A stretch of 64,000 bases of DNA from an uncultured virus (IMG/VR IMGVR_UViG_3300031998_000016) (lineage: Duplodnaviria > Heunggongvirae > Uroviricota > Caudoviricetes): the IMG/VR virus record IMGVR_UViG_3300031998_000016, one strand, 5' to 3'. The translations under genes were made by a program, and so were the position numbers. This document shows, piece by piece, positions 45,627-58,331 of this stretch; positions within the stretch are counted from its first letter, which is position 1; each line of letters begins with the position of its first letter. Under the pieces are notes generated by a model, which was not told where the DNA came from, did no database searches, and was given only the letters and a program-made list of their open reading frames with translations.

Positions 45627-46454
45627 AATATTGCCACTCCTTCGGGAGTGGTTTTATTTTGCCATCTGACTGGTAAATTTTGGCGAATTGCCCGGGCAAT
45701 TTACCACATTCTTCCATTTCTAACAAAATCTTCCATTCCAACCATAATAATCCACCCTACCATAATTTGCCACTTTTCCATGCTTCTACCAACACACCCG
45801 CCACACCACGTATTTACGTACTCTATAGGAGCTGCAAAGGAGCTGCATCCCGCCCACATTTTTTTCGCGCCGCCAAGCCACGCATCTATGTCGTCCGCCA
45901 ACCCCATAAAATCGGCGTCCATCCGGGCAGGCGGGGTAGGGGTCTCCCCGGTCCGGGCTTATGGGGTCCCTATAGGAGCTGCAAAGGAGCTGCGTCGGCC
46001 GGGCATAAAAATAGCCGCCTTATATGAGCTACAAAGGAGCTACATCTAAGACGGACAAAAATTTTTTGAGTAGGGGTAAAGGAATTCTACTTTTTAAATG
46101 AGAAAAAAAACGACTGAATTAGTAAAATTTTTGACTATTTTTATAGAAATTTCACAGCTAATCTCGCGCCACGAAATTTTTTATTTGAATCGCGGCACAT
46201 AAAATCTACATTTAGAAAAAAACCCTAAAAAGGTCCACGGTAAAATTTTACAGTTCTGGAAAAATTTTCCATTTGAGAGAAAAAGATAATGTTACTGTGA
46301 GAATTTCCAGGAAATTATTTGGAATTTACTAGGGATTGTTTGGTTATGGGAATAATTATTCTCTTTAATTTTGGGAATACAGTAGGAAATAAGAAATTGC
46401 CCAAAAATGTGGGCGAAATACGGTTTGGAATATAGTCAACCCACGTTACCAATT

Positions 46455-47115
46455 CTAACTTAATTTGCACTATATATATATTATATATTAATTATACTTA
46501 TCTATGCCTGTTGCTGCTAGGGCTCGCTAGCAAAAATAATCCAACTTTTACTAACTCTCCAAAACTCGCCAAAAATCGTTCGGGAATACGGAGGGTAACG
46601 GTAGAAAACGTGTTTTTACGGTTTTGCACAGTAAACCCACGTTGGTTTTTACTACTACTACTACTACTAATATTTCTGCGGCTACGCCGTTTAGGTTGCT
46701 ACTACTCCTTCTTTCGCCGCGATTTCTAATACTACATAATTCGCTACGCAATTCGCACTATTTATATATAATTATATTATTACTACTACTACTACTACCC
46801 TTTCTTTCTTACTACTACTACGCAATTCGCACAATATATAATATATATAATAATAATATATATAATTATACTACTACTACTTACTCGTTACTACTACTAC
46901 TAGCTAAACTAACTCGCACTATATATAATATAATAATTATACTACCACTACTACTCTAATCCTCTCTACTACCACTACCCTAATACTTTTACTATTACTA
47001 CTAACTTAACTCGCACAATATAATATATATCTATTACTACTACTACCCCTACTTACTACTACTACTTACCCCCTACCAAAATTAAACTTAACCCGCACAA
47101 TATATATAATATATA
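46455..47115. repeat. Low-complexity array: (ACT)n tracts alternating with AA(C/T)TCGCAC + (AT)n units
   Basis: About six TCGCAC-like cores near 46465, 46753, 46826, 46914, 47011, 47092, each followed by an AT-only run; plus strand nearly G-free. Confidence 0.85.
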
Positions 47116-47310
47116 CAGCTAACTCGTGCTTCGCACTCGCACGCTGCCTCCCCTTTTATACTATTCGCTTCGCTCATAGTATAAAAGGATGTGCTATTTT
47201 ACTTTCTCTGTTACTTCGCCGCGAAATCACAGTGAAATTTCTTGCCGCGAAATCCCCGAATACCGCCCCTATAGAGAAATAGCGGCCAGGTGTACTACCC
47301 AGCCGCCATT

Positions 47311-48627
47311 TTAGAAACCTATTAAATTGTCGAAACGGCTTTCGTATGTCTTAAATTTGCCGTTGTAGAAGTCAGCAACCGCTTCGTTGTTAAAGCGTGG
47401 GAGACCCCCTTTAATTCTGAGATAAAGATTCTCAATCTTACGTGCTCGGCTAAGACCAACGTAAAGAAGTGTACGGTTTTCGTTCGCGCCATCAAAGAAT
47501 CCTTTATCGTACAGGAAGTTTACCTTATCGAATGTCTGACCCTGAGATTTGTGTACTGTGATTGCCCAAGCTAACTTAAGTGGTAACTGCTTAATACCCC
47601 CGATTGTCTGAGTTTCACCGTCTTCAAAAATCTGAGTCTTAAAATCATACTGAGGAACATCAACTTCTTCGCCGCTATCCAGCTTAACTCTGACCCCCGT
47701 AATATTTAACTGAGTAATGTGTCCCATGTCGCCATTACAATAACCATCTGTTGGGTTGTTAATTGTCAGCATAACTCTTGCGCCAACCTTTAACTTAAGC
47801 ATACGAGGAATTTCCTTGTCATACTCGCCCCAATAAAGAGCCTTGTAAAGCTTTTCCGGTGAATCAATCTTATCAAGCTCCTGTGAATTGATAGCGTTTA
47901 CAACCTTGTTTGTACAAGCAAGGATTACTGCATCTTTCATAGGAGCATTTTTCTGTGACTGTGCAAGATAAGCCTTGTCATCTGATGTAAGAGTATTGCG
48001 GCTAAGATTGTAGAGAGCGGTACTAAATGCCTGGTCGTCCTGTCTCATTGCCTGTGTAAGAGTGCAAGTCTGGAAGTTAAAATCTCTCCAGATGTGTGAG
48101 TGGAAGCAATGGAACTGACTTCTATCAAGTTCTGGTGAATAGCCGCGATGGTCAGCAATCTTAATAGTTTCATCAGTTACTACAGGCGGCAACTGGAAGA
48201 AGTCACCGATAAGGATAATCTGACAATTTGGATTGAACTCCTTAATTTCATTACCTATTGTATTGAATAAGAGGAAGTCCAACATAGACGCTTCGTCAAC
48301 CACAAGGCTATCAGTATCCTTTAACCAATCATTGTCCTTGGTTGCTGTGCCATCAGTCACGGAAAGATGAAACTGGTGATGGAGAGTAAACCCCCCTATA
48401 CTTCTTGCCGCAACACCAGTGGTAGCACAAACAATTGTTCTCTTGCCGCGACGTTCAAATGCTTTGATTATGCGATTTACAAGAAATGTCTTTCCTGTTC
48501 CAGCCGGGCCAGTAATAAACATATTCTTGCCGCTCATTGCCATATCAAAAAACTGCTTCTGTTTTTCGTTGAGGGCATTATAGTCTTCCTGTTCTTCAAA
48601 TCTTTCTTTTTCTGTAAGTTCTATCAT
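47311..48627 (-). CDS. PIF1/RecD-like superfamily 1B DNA helicase
   Basis: ITGPAGTGKT, VVDEASM, IGDFFQLPPV, LAWAITVHKSQGQT, YVGLSRAR. Confidence 0.92.
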   Translation of the reverse strand: MIELTEKERFEEQEDYNALNEKQKQFFDMAMSGKNMFITGPAGTGKTFLVNRIIKAFERRGKRTIVCATTGVAARSIGGFTLHHQFHLSVTDGTATKDNDWLKDTDSLVVDEASMLDFLLFNTIGNEIKEFNPNCQIILIGDFFQLPPVVTDETIKIADHRGYSPELDRSQFHCFHSHIWRDFNFQTCTLTQAMRQDDQAFSTALYNLSRNTLTSDDKAYLAQSQKNAPMKDAVILACTNKVVNAINSQELDKIDSPEKLYKALYWGEYDKEIPRMLKLKVGARVMLTINNPTDGYCNGDMGHITQLNITGVRVKLDSGEEVDVPQYDFKTQIFEDGETQTIGGIKQLPLKLAWAITVHKSQGQTFDKVNFLYDKGFFDGANENRTLLYVGLSRARKIENLYLRIKGGLPRFNNEAVADFYNGKFKTYESRFDNLIGF

Positions 48628-48947
48628 TCATCTTCCTCCATTGGTCTGCCAAATTCATTAAAGGTATATGTGCTCTTTTGAACTTGGGTAATGTATTCGT
48701 ACTTTTCGAGTTCTTTCATGGCATCTCGGTAACTGGACTCCGAAATGCCGATACATTGTTTGATGTATGCTGGGCCTATCGCCATATCTCTTGTTCCATA
48801 GGAACACAAAAACATCCATAGTTTAAATGCGGAGTAAGTTAACCTTTTCGCCGCGATAATCCAGTTTGTTCTATCTATTACCATGAAGTTTTCGTGAGGA
48901 AGAGTGCGGCGAATTTGGATTGTTTTCTAGTTTGGAAATAGTGCCAT
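48624..48947 (-). CDS. Winged-helix DNA-binding protein, replication-initiator-like (107 aa, one TAG)
   Basis: GAGGTG RBS + ATG 48947: MALFPN(Q)KTIQI...AFKLWMFL...IGISESSYRDAMKELEKYEYI; ATGA overlap with helicase. Confidence 0.65.
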
Positions 48948-48957
48948 TCAACTCACC

Positions 48958-51900
48958 TCAGATATTGAAGAAACATCTTATGCCGGCAACTCCATCACAC
49001 GATGTAATTGAGATAGCCATTGGGTCTGATTCATCAATGTAATAGTTTGTTTTGTAGGTTTCGTAGATAAAGTTTCTTGCATCTACAATTGATGGGAACT
49101 CATCTACTTTCTTTCCGTAGAGAACTGGCTGTGAACCTTTGCCGCAAATCTTGTGATAGAAAAATCTTTCAAGTGTCATGTAGTAGCCCCCCTTAAGCAA
49201 GTTCAGCATAGAAACAAAGAACAACATCTTCAACCGCAAAACCCTCAAATGTCGGGTCATCAGCAGTTTCATCGAGCATATCAAATGCGTTAACGTCAAA
49301 TCCATATTCGTCAAGATAGCCAATTGCGGCATCCTTTGCTTCATCAAATGTATTGAATAATTTTGCTGGTGTTTCATCAATTAAAAATTCTACAACGTAC
49401 ATAAGTTTTCCTCCTTAATCATTTTCGCTTTCGTTTACTTCCCACACATCAACTACGTTAATTTTACTTGCATCTACTCCGAATTCCATTGCAAAGTTAC
49501 GTTTTGCAGCTTCGATATTAAGGAGAGTGTTGCCGCCCATGAAGTAGGTCTTTGTGATGTCCGGCTTATAGTTATCAGAGAAGCCAGCCTTTGATGGTGT
49601 GGTGAGTGTTATCTTAAATTCTTTCATTTGTAATCCTCCTTAGACATTGGATGAAGCGAGTAAGTTTTCGTTTGAGTCGTACATTTCAATGGTTTCGCCG
49701 TTTACTTTCATGAAACGTTCAACCTTTTTGTCGTTAACTATTTCTGATACTCTGTACCAAATGCCAAGCTGTTCAGCCGCAAAAATCATTGCAATCATGC
49801 CCCGGTACGAGAGTTTGTAAAATTTCTTGTTATCTAAGTCATCAAATATAAATACTCTTTCTTCTACCATTTTTATTTCTTCCTTTCTTGATTTTCTATA
49901 TATATTATAACACAAGTTAAGGTGAAAGTCAATGCCTACCAGATATTTCCATTAGCGGTTAAAGGTATTTTCAATTGGTTCAGCGCTAATAACTACGCCA
50001 GCAAAAATTGCTGAACCATTGGTATCAATTATATGTTTAAGATTATCTTCGATATAATTGAAGATATTGTCAGAGAAATCTGTTGTGTAGTGGTCATCAG
50101 GGAAAAGAAGATTGCCTAGTTCTCCGTCTAAAAAGACAGGTATTTCACGAACATGATAATTGAAAAAATCTCTTGCCGCAGCTTCATAAGGACAATAATC
50201 GTAAATATAATGAAATATTTCCTCAAACGGACCGGACATTCCAAGCTTACCATTTTGATAAAGGTAATATTCCTCACACTCTTCAACTATTAAGTCGTTT
50301 ATAAGAAAATTAACTCCATTGGTCTTTAAATACATTTCAATGAGTCCATTCTTCTTTTCTTCAAGCCATTTGTTAATAATCCACTGGTTCTTTTCAGAAT
50401 TTGCCGCCGCAACCATTTGGTCATTAACTTCAATATCAAATAAGACTTCATCTAACTTGTCAAATATGATGTTGTTTTTACTTACGGTAACAACATATTC
50501 CATAGCTTCTTCAAGGGTTTTTGCTTCTGAACGTGGACATGTAGCCTTATGTCCACAAATTGCATTATATATCTTATACTTCTTCATAGTTATCTTCCTC
50601 CTCAACTTCTAAGATTGTGTAGTCACCCCACTCACATGAGCCATAGTGTTCAATTTCGTAGATAAGGTCATCAGTACGATAATCAATTTCATCGTTTAAG
50701 AGCATATCTAAGTCATCGTCTGAAGCTAAGTTCTTTACGATGGTTGATATATGCATTTTGCCGACAATCGGTAAGTCTACTGGTTCATAGATGTCATCAA
50801 GGCTTTCAATAACATCGTCTATAGTCATATGTTCATCCACAAAATCTCTAAGGTCACTATAGAAAGAAAATGTGTCATCTACTGTATTTATTACTTTATA
50901 CATATTATTCATCCTCCTGAGCAATTCTTTTAATTGAAATAAATTCATGAGCGTTTTCACCAATGTAAATGCTTAATTCCTCGCCATATTCCTTAAATTC
51001 CTTTTCCTCAGCCGGGATATATGAAAGAGAAGCACCAGTGCCAGCTTCGATATAAAACTGAGAGTAGAGTTCAAAGCCGGTTCTTATATCTCTGCTACCG
51101 TATTCGTCCTGTTCGGAATCTATAAAGGCTTCCATGAATACCTCACCAAGTCTGCTGAGTAAATCGCGGCGAGCCTTTACATATGAACTAAAAATCTTTG
51201 GCTTGATAACTTCAAGACCTTCGAATGTTGAAATTTTCTGTACAAGATACATATGTACCCCTCCTTATTTCCAATTGTTTATGTCGATTAGTTTGAGTAA
51301 GTCGTTGAGAAACTGAATTGTCTTCTGACGATTAAGGTTCTTGCCTTTTTCTATCGGGTAAAGGAACTGCTGAATCATTGAGTTTGCGTCGTCAATTGTG
51401 TTTCGCATTTCCTCATTTTCTGCTTCATAGAAAGCGGCATCGCTATCAATTTCATCAATGAGTTGAGATTTTGTGAGTTCTGCTACATCAAGCATTTCCT
51501 CTATCTCTGCCGCGAAATCCGGAGAAACCTTATCTGATATAACATCAAGGTAATCGCGGCGAGTTACAAGATGTAGGTATTTATCATTTCCGATATTTGT
51601 CATATTAAACCTCTCTCCTTTGCATCGAGTGGATAGTTCTTGATGTATGCTTCCTTGTTTTCCTTGATTTTGCCGGCTCTTAACATTCTACCGAATCTCT
51701 TTGCTGCTCTACCAACGATAAGCGGGTTGCGGTAAGAGTTTCTGAACATTCTCATAGAGTCTTCAATGAAACAGTGTCCGTAGTTGATGTATTCAATCTG
51801 CTGGTCACACATGAATCTTGCCTGTGCGCTCCATGACTTTGGTCTGTAGTTTTTCATAGTTAATCGTCCTTTCTTAGTCGCCTATTCTGTCTTCCTTGTA

Positions 51901-52137
51901 ATGCTGTTCTGTATGATAATGTTTATCAACTTTGTGGACTTCACAATCTGGATAGTGTTCTTTAAACCACGCTCTCGCTTCTTTATCAGTTAAGCGAGTT
52001 TCGGCTGGGATATAAGCCGCATAATCAAGCTTTCTGTTGAAGTCTTCATCCGTGTTGCTGAAGTAAACTGTGTTATCAGCTTTTATGTCAAAGTAATAAA
52101 AAATTGTGCCATAAAGTCTATAGAAGTTAATTACCAT
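48958..52137 (-). CDS. Run of ten small hypothetical genes (48958-49179, 49193-49402, 49415-49627, 49640-49870, 49952-50587, 50574-50903, 50905-51252, 51265-51603, 51600-51857, 51874-52137)
   Basis: Tightly packed, RBS-led, TAA/TGA-terminated ORFs; promoters near 49905-49932 and 52172-52200. Confidence 0.65.
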
Positions 52138-52246
52138 TTTTATTTTCCTCTCTCTCTTAACTTTCTATATATATTATAACACAGTTTTTAAAAAAAGTAA
52201 AGGCCTACCAGATATTTCCAGCAGACCTTTTTAACTTTCTTCATCT

Positions 52247-55200
52247 TTAAAATCCGGAACTTTCTAATGTGATAAGGCCTTTTTCATTAGCCTTTTGAGC
52301 AATCCATTCTTTTGCCGCTCCCCCTTCGGTAGGAGCTTTTTCCATAGAAGTAAATCCTCCCGATATTATATAAACCTCTGGACCATCAGTTTTGATTACA
52401 TGGCCCACGGAAAATTCAAATTTTTCTTTAACGTTACAATCACCAGACAAAGGTTCTCCTTCCTGTTTTACGTAGTCTATCTTACCTAAAACATAATGTT
52501 TCTCACCAACAAGATGAAGCTCTGCCCTGAAACGACCTTTATAAACGACAAAAGGTTTGTCGCAAGTTCTTATAGGAAATTCTTGTATCCATATCTCGTC
52601 ATATGTGTATAAAAACCGAAGTTTAATATTTTCAGCGTCTTCTTCAGTAGGACAAACACCAATGACAATACGAGTTCCTCTCTCATCATTCCAGTCTTCT
52701 CCACTTACTACCCATACTTTATTTTCTATTTCCATTATTCTTCCTCCTTTTCTGCGAACTCAATATCGAACGGTGCCTTACCATTGAAGTGCTCTAGCAT
52801 TATATCTGCTAATGACTTGTCTTTTGCAAGGCAATTAAGGTACTGAGCTTCACTTATTACAACTTCGCCGCAAAATTTAAAACTATCGAAGCTAAAATCA
52901 TTTACTTCTACTCCATAGTTTACTGTGCCTACTGGTTTTTCAGTCACACCGCTATGAACGACTGCATTATCTAGAATTATTAATTTGTGTTCACCGTCAG
53001 GTTTAGCGCAAACTGGTGATAAATCACCATAATCCTCTAAGGAAACAAACACTCTAACATTCTGCTCATATTTCTTTACAAAATAATGATTGCCAAGATA
53101 AATCTCAATATCCCAAACAACTGCATTATTTACAAGACTCTGAATACAGTCATTCATATTGTCTTCAAGGTCTTCTATTGTAAGTGTATCATATTCTAAA
53201 GGAATATCACGCTCGTTATCGTACCAATCCATAAATTCTCTAAACTGAAGGTACTTACGAACATAGTTGAAAAGTTCACTTTCGTCTATATTACTTTCTA
53301 TAAGGAGCTCTTCGTTTTTGTTGGTTATTTTAACTATTTTGTATTTTATCATTATTAATCCTTCCTTTGACCAAAATTTATGGCAAAACCATTTTCTTTT
53401 ATATTATCATTAAATTTATCACGAAAAATTATTTCAGTAGAACTTAGACAAGGAAATGAATGTTCTTTAATACAATTCCATTCTTCCTCGGTAAATATAA
53501 CATATGCAGTAAAGTTAATGTCGGAAAGAGGCTTTCCTTTCTCATGAATTATTTTATAATCATATTTTTCTTCGCTGCCAGTTATAATGATTTCTTCTTC
53601 GCGAATCTGCGCCCAGCCAGTAATTGATAAAAAGTCAGGACTTTCGATTGATGCATCTGAATCCCACAATGTAAGCTTGTGACCTATTTCTTTCATCTCA
53701 ATGCCATAAACCGACTCTCCCAACTTTATTCGTTCTATTATTCGGTCTACATATTCTTTAAAACAACTTTCCATTTCCAATATAGATAAATCAGTTCTTA
53801 CATCTTCATATTCTCTGCCATAGTCATCTTCACTAATGTAGACTTTATGCAGTTTTGATGCTACGTCTTCCCATATGGCATGGGTTTTTATATGCTGTCT
53901 TACAGCTTCTTCTGACTCGAAAATCTGGTTTTCATATGTAAAATATAAATTTCTCATTCCTCTTCCTCCTTGGTTTTTCTATTTTTCCATGAAGCAAAAG
54001 CAACTCTATAAAGTAAATTATCTTCTACAAAATACGCATGGGAGAAAATATTTTTTAAATCAGTTTCTTTAAGACTCTCTATAAAGACTTCTTCATTTAT
54101 TAAAGCAGAGCCAGTAAAATTGCCGCGAATATCTAATGTACCTTGGCATTTGCCACAAGATTCAACTTCTTCTTCTGTTAAAAAGACATCTTCAACTATC
54201 AGGTCTATTGAGTCTTCAACATCATCAAGTCTTATTACAGAAGAAGGCCCTATTTTTATAATGGTTGCTTTAGCATTTGATATGGTCATTTTCTTAAATA
54301 CCCGACACTTAGTAAGTCCCCACTCTCCCCTTTCATACATTTCGTTTACGTATTTTTCAAAATATTCCATCCATGTTGCAATAGACATATCTTCGTCTGC
54401 CACCCTATATTCGCCATAAGCATTTTCTGCCTCCATTGATAAGGCGTAATCTCCACCATTATCAAAGTATTCTCTTGCTTTCATAAGAGAGGTTGCTGAT
54501 TTGATATAATCTTTTATTTTTTCCTTTGTATCATATATGTTGCCATAGCCATCTTTTCCTATATATTTCATTATAATCTCTCCTCACTAAATTCAACTTT
54601 AAAATTATCATGAAATTGACCAAATACTGTCGCGAATATGTCGGCATTTGAAAGACCTTTATCAACATATGCTTTCCATTGGCTTTCTGTAAAGAACACT
54701 TCACCATAGAAACTAAAATTCACAAGGTCATTTACACTATCATGTCCTAAAATGTACGTAGGTTCTTCTACAAAAGGAGTCTTAACAAGATTCACCTCGC
54801 AAGGTAAATATATCTTTAATTTATTGGCGCTAATAGCTTCTGCCATATCAGCTCTTACAACGATTTTATAACAATCTTCTGCCACCTCTATATAAAAGCT
54901 ATTGTCTGGCATACAAAACTTGCCTGTTTCTATTAACTTTCCAAGAACCATTTTACAGTATAAATCAAAGTAATATTCAACATCGTTGTAGTTAAAAATC
55001 TTACTACATGGATACTGTTCGTTGCCGTCATGGTCAAGAACCGCTCTATACATATCTTCAAGAAAGACATTATATGTTAAATAATCATCAACTACTGCAT
55101 ACCAATTATCATATTCACCGGCCTTTTCGTAGTCACCATAAGAATCACGTTCATATACTACATAATTTGCATTAATCATTATTATCAACTCCTTACATAC

Positions 55201-56322
55201 ACGCAAATACCAGGGTCTTCTTTCGCCGCGATTTCATTAAAACAACATTCAAAAGTGCCGGCAAGATTATCTGTATCTATATCATTAACATCTATATAGA
55301 CCCAAGCACTAAAGAATCTACCGTTCGGGCCGCCCTCTATTTCAAAGTCATAGCGGTTTTCGCGGCTCTTAGGCATTTCTCCCATAATAGTGTTTGGGTC
55401 GAAATTTATGTCTTCTATGCTATTAAGAAAGACATCAATCATGCCGGATTCTCCCTGAGTAAAATCCCAATTTACATTTTCAATACTTGCACATATTACC
55501 ATTATTCTACCTCTTTCGCACGTAACATTTGACTTAAAACATCTATAATATTTTCCATAGTCGTTACAAACGGAAACTGAAATGTTTCTGCTGGGATGAT
55601 ATGGTCTAAATTAGTTGCCTTTCCTACCACTTCATTTACATAAAATGAGCAATATAATTTTCCATCCCTAAAGTCTTCTTTTTTAGAACCCATAAAGTGG
55701 TCTATATTTAAAACTCCATCATCAATTAAAAAAGTAACAAATCTATGCTTTCTAGGAAGTTTGTCTTTTTCTTCAATCTCTCTCATGGATACATGAGGGA
55801 AGAATTCTTCATAGCAAGGAAAGGTGATTGTTGTTTGTTTACGATTTAATTTAATTGGAAGGCCATTTATAACCACTAAAAAAAGTCTACCTTTGCTCAT
55901 ACCATTCTCTCCTTAATCTCTTTAAGAGTATTAACAACCATTGAGAAAAATTCAAACTCTTCTCTTATGTATTCCGGCTTGCCCCAAAAGACCAAATCTG
56001 CATAAGGAAAAACACCCTTTTCAAGTTTTGTCTTGTGATGCTCTGCTTCGGCTTTAAAATTCATAATGTATTCATCTATGTTTTCCGTAGTAAGAACAAT
56101 AGTCATATCGCGCCAATTAGCGAATCGAGTCTGAGCAACTTCACTAATTCCACAGTCTATGCCGTCTATAAAGTAATGACGTTCATAACAAGGCTCATAG
56201 CGAAGTGTGTCTGGGTTTGGATAAACACAATCAACAAAATCCTTTTCGCTTAAAACGTGTACATTTTCCATTGCAATACCTTCGTGGTATTCCTTAACTC
56301 TTTCAAATACAATAGCGTTCAT
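52247..56322 (-). CDS. Run of eight coupled acidic hypothetical genes (52247-52735, 52735-53352, 53355-53957, 53954-54571, 54571-55206, 55185-55502, 55502-55900, 55897-56322)
   Basis: Overlapping or adjacent stop/start codons; four adjacent ~200-aa genes look distantly paralogous; promoter near 56368-56395. Confidence 0.7.
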
Positions 56323-56625
56323 AATTTTAGTCCTTTCTGTTTATCTCTCTCTTAACTTTCTATATATATTATAACATACTTTAGCCTAAAAGTCAAGAAT
56401 TCCTAAAAAATTCCATTTGTGCCGCGAAATTTATTCATTCATAAGCCAATCTCAGAAGGCAAATTATGCCTTCCTAAATCCTCTAATATTTTTTAATAAC
56501 TTTATATTAAAAACATAGTAGAGGAGAAAAATCACCCTCTTTTCGCCGCGAATTTTAGTCGAAAATAAAAAATTTTTTAAAAAAAATGAAAAAGGAGTAG
56601 GAAAAATTTTCCTACTCCCTGTATA

Positions 56626-58314
56626 TTATCTATATCTTACTGGTGGAAGATTTGACTGGGACTGCTTCTGAGTCTTTGACTTCTGCTTTGGAGCGTTCTG
56701 TCTGTTCTCAATTTCATCCCACTTTGCAATGAAGTCTGCGGCGAAGCTTACTTCCTTACCTGTCCATCCGGAGAGGATAGCAGTTCTGTAAGAGTATTCT
56801 GGTAAGATGACGTTATCGTAGCCAGCAGTCTGTACCATGAAAACATTCACTTTTGGGTTTACTGTTCTACGGTATTCCTGAACTAACTTGTAAACATCAA
56901 TGTAACCAGTACGGTATTCAGCTTCGAAGCCCTTGTCACGGTACTTTCTTCTCTGCTCTGGTGTGCCGTAAAGACAACCGTGACCAGCCTGCATATCAGA
57001 GAAGATAAAGATGTTATCATAGAACTCCTTGTTGTCGATTGCGTTGATTAAGAATTCCCAAATACCACCTTCTGTGCTCTTACCAATATCAGAACCCTTT
57101 GTTTCATTAACCTTCTGAGCCTGGATTAAGCAACCGTTTCTCTTTGAGATTGGGTAAGTCTTTAACTTGTCACCGAACTTACCAACAACACCATCATCTG
57201 AAAGCTTTGCAGCAATTACAGCAGAAAGGTTGTCGATTTCGGCAACAGTAACTGTACCATACTCTGATGTGATACCGCCCCAAGCAGAACCGCTGTTATC
57301 AGATAAGCACATTGTCTTACCCTTTAACTTTGGCATATTGTCAAGAGCAATATCCATACATTCTTCAAGAGTGTCAAGGATTAATGACTTGTAGCTAACG
57401 TCTGCCTTTTCGATAACACCCATTGCTGTGTAGTATCTGAACGGGAACTGCTTGCCGCGAAGTACGCCATCCTTTAACTTCTTAAGGTATCTCTTAGCAA
57501 AGTTAACGTCTATCTGTTCTGAGAATACGTTTCTGAGGTTTCTTAAAAGAGCCATGTGACCCATGTTTGTTGTGTTGAAGATTTCCTTCCAACCCATACC
57601 TCTTGAACGTTTCTGTTCCCAAGTTTCGTCTGAATCTGAAACTTCAAGTCTATCATTAAGGAGTGCATCTAACACTGGAGAATTTGCGTGTGTAAGACGA
57701 ACTGCATTAATCATACCGATTTCAGCGTTCTTGTACTTGTTAACAGCGTATGTGTCGAGCTTTGAAAGCTTATCAGCAATGCTTCTCTTAAGAACTGATG
57801 GAAGCTTAGACTTGCCGCCATTCTTATAGATGTAGTATGCTAACTGAGTTGCTGGTTCATCAGCTCTAGCCATTACCTTATCATTGATTGCCGCGAAAAC
57901 ACCAGGGTTTTCAGAAGTGAACTTTGCTCTGTCTCTGTGGATTGCGGCACGAACCATGATTACCTGTGGGTTTAATCTCATGTTGTAAGTGTCACGAAGT
58001 TCTGCGGCAAATTCAAGTGTTGCACCGAAATCATAGGCAAGTGCGTCGTCGATTACCTGTTCAAAGATTTCTGTAGTTGTCTGACCAACATACTCCCCGA
58101 ACATGATGTCTAAACCTCTAAGCGCACGGTCGATTTCATATCTACGTTCCTTTACATTTGAACGGTAATAAGATGGTTCACCAAAGATTGATGATGCTGC
58201 AACCAACTTAAGAGTATCAAGTGGGTTAACTGTATAAGACTTGCCGCCCATAAAGTTTACTGTTGTGTTCTTTATCTTGTTTTCTGCCTTAATTTCTCTA
58301 GCTATTCTGCTCAT
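56626..58314 (-). CDS. TROVE-domain RNA-binding protein (Ro60/Rsr-like) with C-terminal vWA domain
   Basis: 562 aa; N.MGG..Y N-terminus, TWEQKRS, MGHMALLRNLRN, QFPFRYY, MIDAS-like SDNSGSA and FSDMQ. Confidence 0.88.
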   Translation of the reverse strand: MSRIAREIKAENKIKNTTVNFMGGKSYTVNPLDTLKLVAASSIFGEPSYYRSNVKERRYEIDRALRGLDIMFGEYVGQTTTEIFEQVIDDALAYDFGATLEFAAELRDTYNMRLNPQVIMVRAAIHRDRAKFTSENPGVFAAINDKVMARADEPATQLAYYIYKNGGKSKLPSVLKRSIADKLSKLDTYAVNKYKNAEIGMINAVRLTHANSPVLDALLNDRLEVSDSDETWEQKRSRGMGWKEIFNTTNMGHMALLRNLRNVFSEQIDVNFAKRYLKKLKDGVLRGKQFPFRYYTAMGVIEKADVSYKSLILDTLEECMDIALDNMPKLKGKTMCLSDNSGSAWGGITSEYGTVTVAEIDNLSAVIAAKLSDDGVVGKFGDKLKTYPISKRNGCLIQAQKVNETKGSDIGKSTEGGIWEFLINAIDNKEFYDNIFIFSDMQAGHGCLYGTPEQRRKYRDKGFEAEYRTGYIDVYKLVQEYRRTVNPKVNVFMVQTAGYDNVILPEYSYRTAILSGWTGKEVSFAADFIAKWDEIENRQNAPKQKSKTQKQSQSNLPPVRYR

Positions 58315-58331
58315 AATATCGTCCTCCTTAA

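Larger units (their letters stand above)
22336..45697 (+). repeat. Dispersed GCCCGGGC-centred palindromic repeat (29 exact cores counted) in cassette spacers
   Basis: Cores at 22336, 23582, 24763, 25708, 26272, 27100, 27147, 27774, 28476, 29062, 29717, 30534, 31182, 32019, 32562, 33338, 34179, 35078, 35681, 36610, 37758, 38505, 39523, 40209, 41155, 42507, 43615, 44691, 45690. Confidence 0.95.

Noticed and set aside
22336..45697. Classical integron attC array
   Set aside because: Cassettes carry their own promoters, no consistent RYYYAAC/GTTRRRY ends noticed, and no integrase in the window
45648..46959. ORFs in the convergence zone, including the poly-Thr/Leu 111-aa ORF
   Set aside because: Products of microsatellite and GC-rich repeats with no RBS
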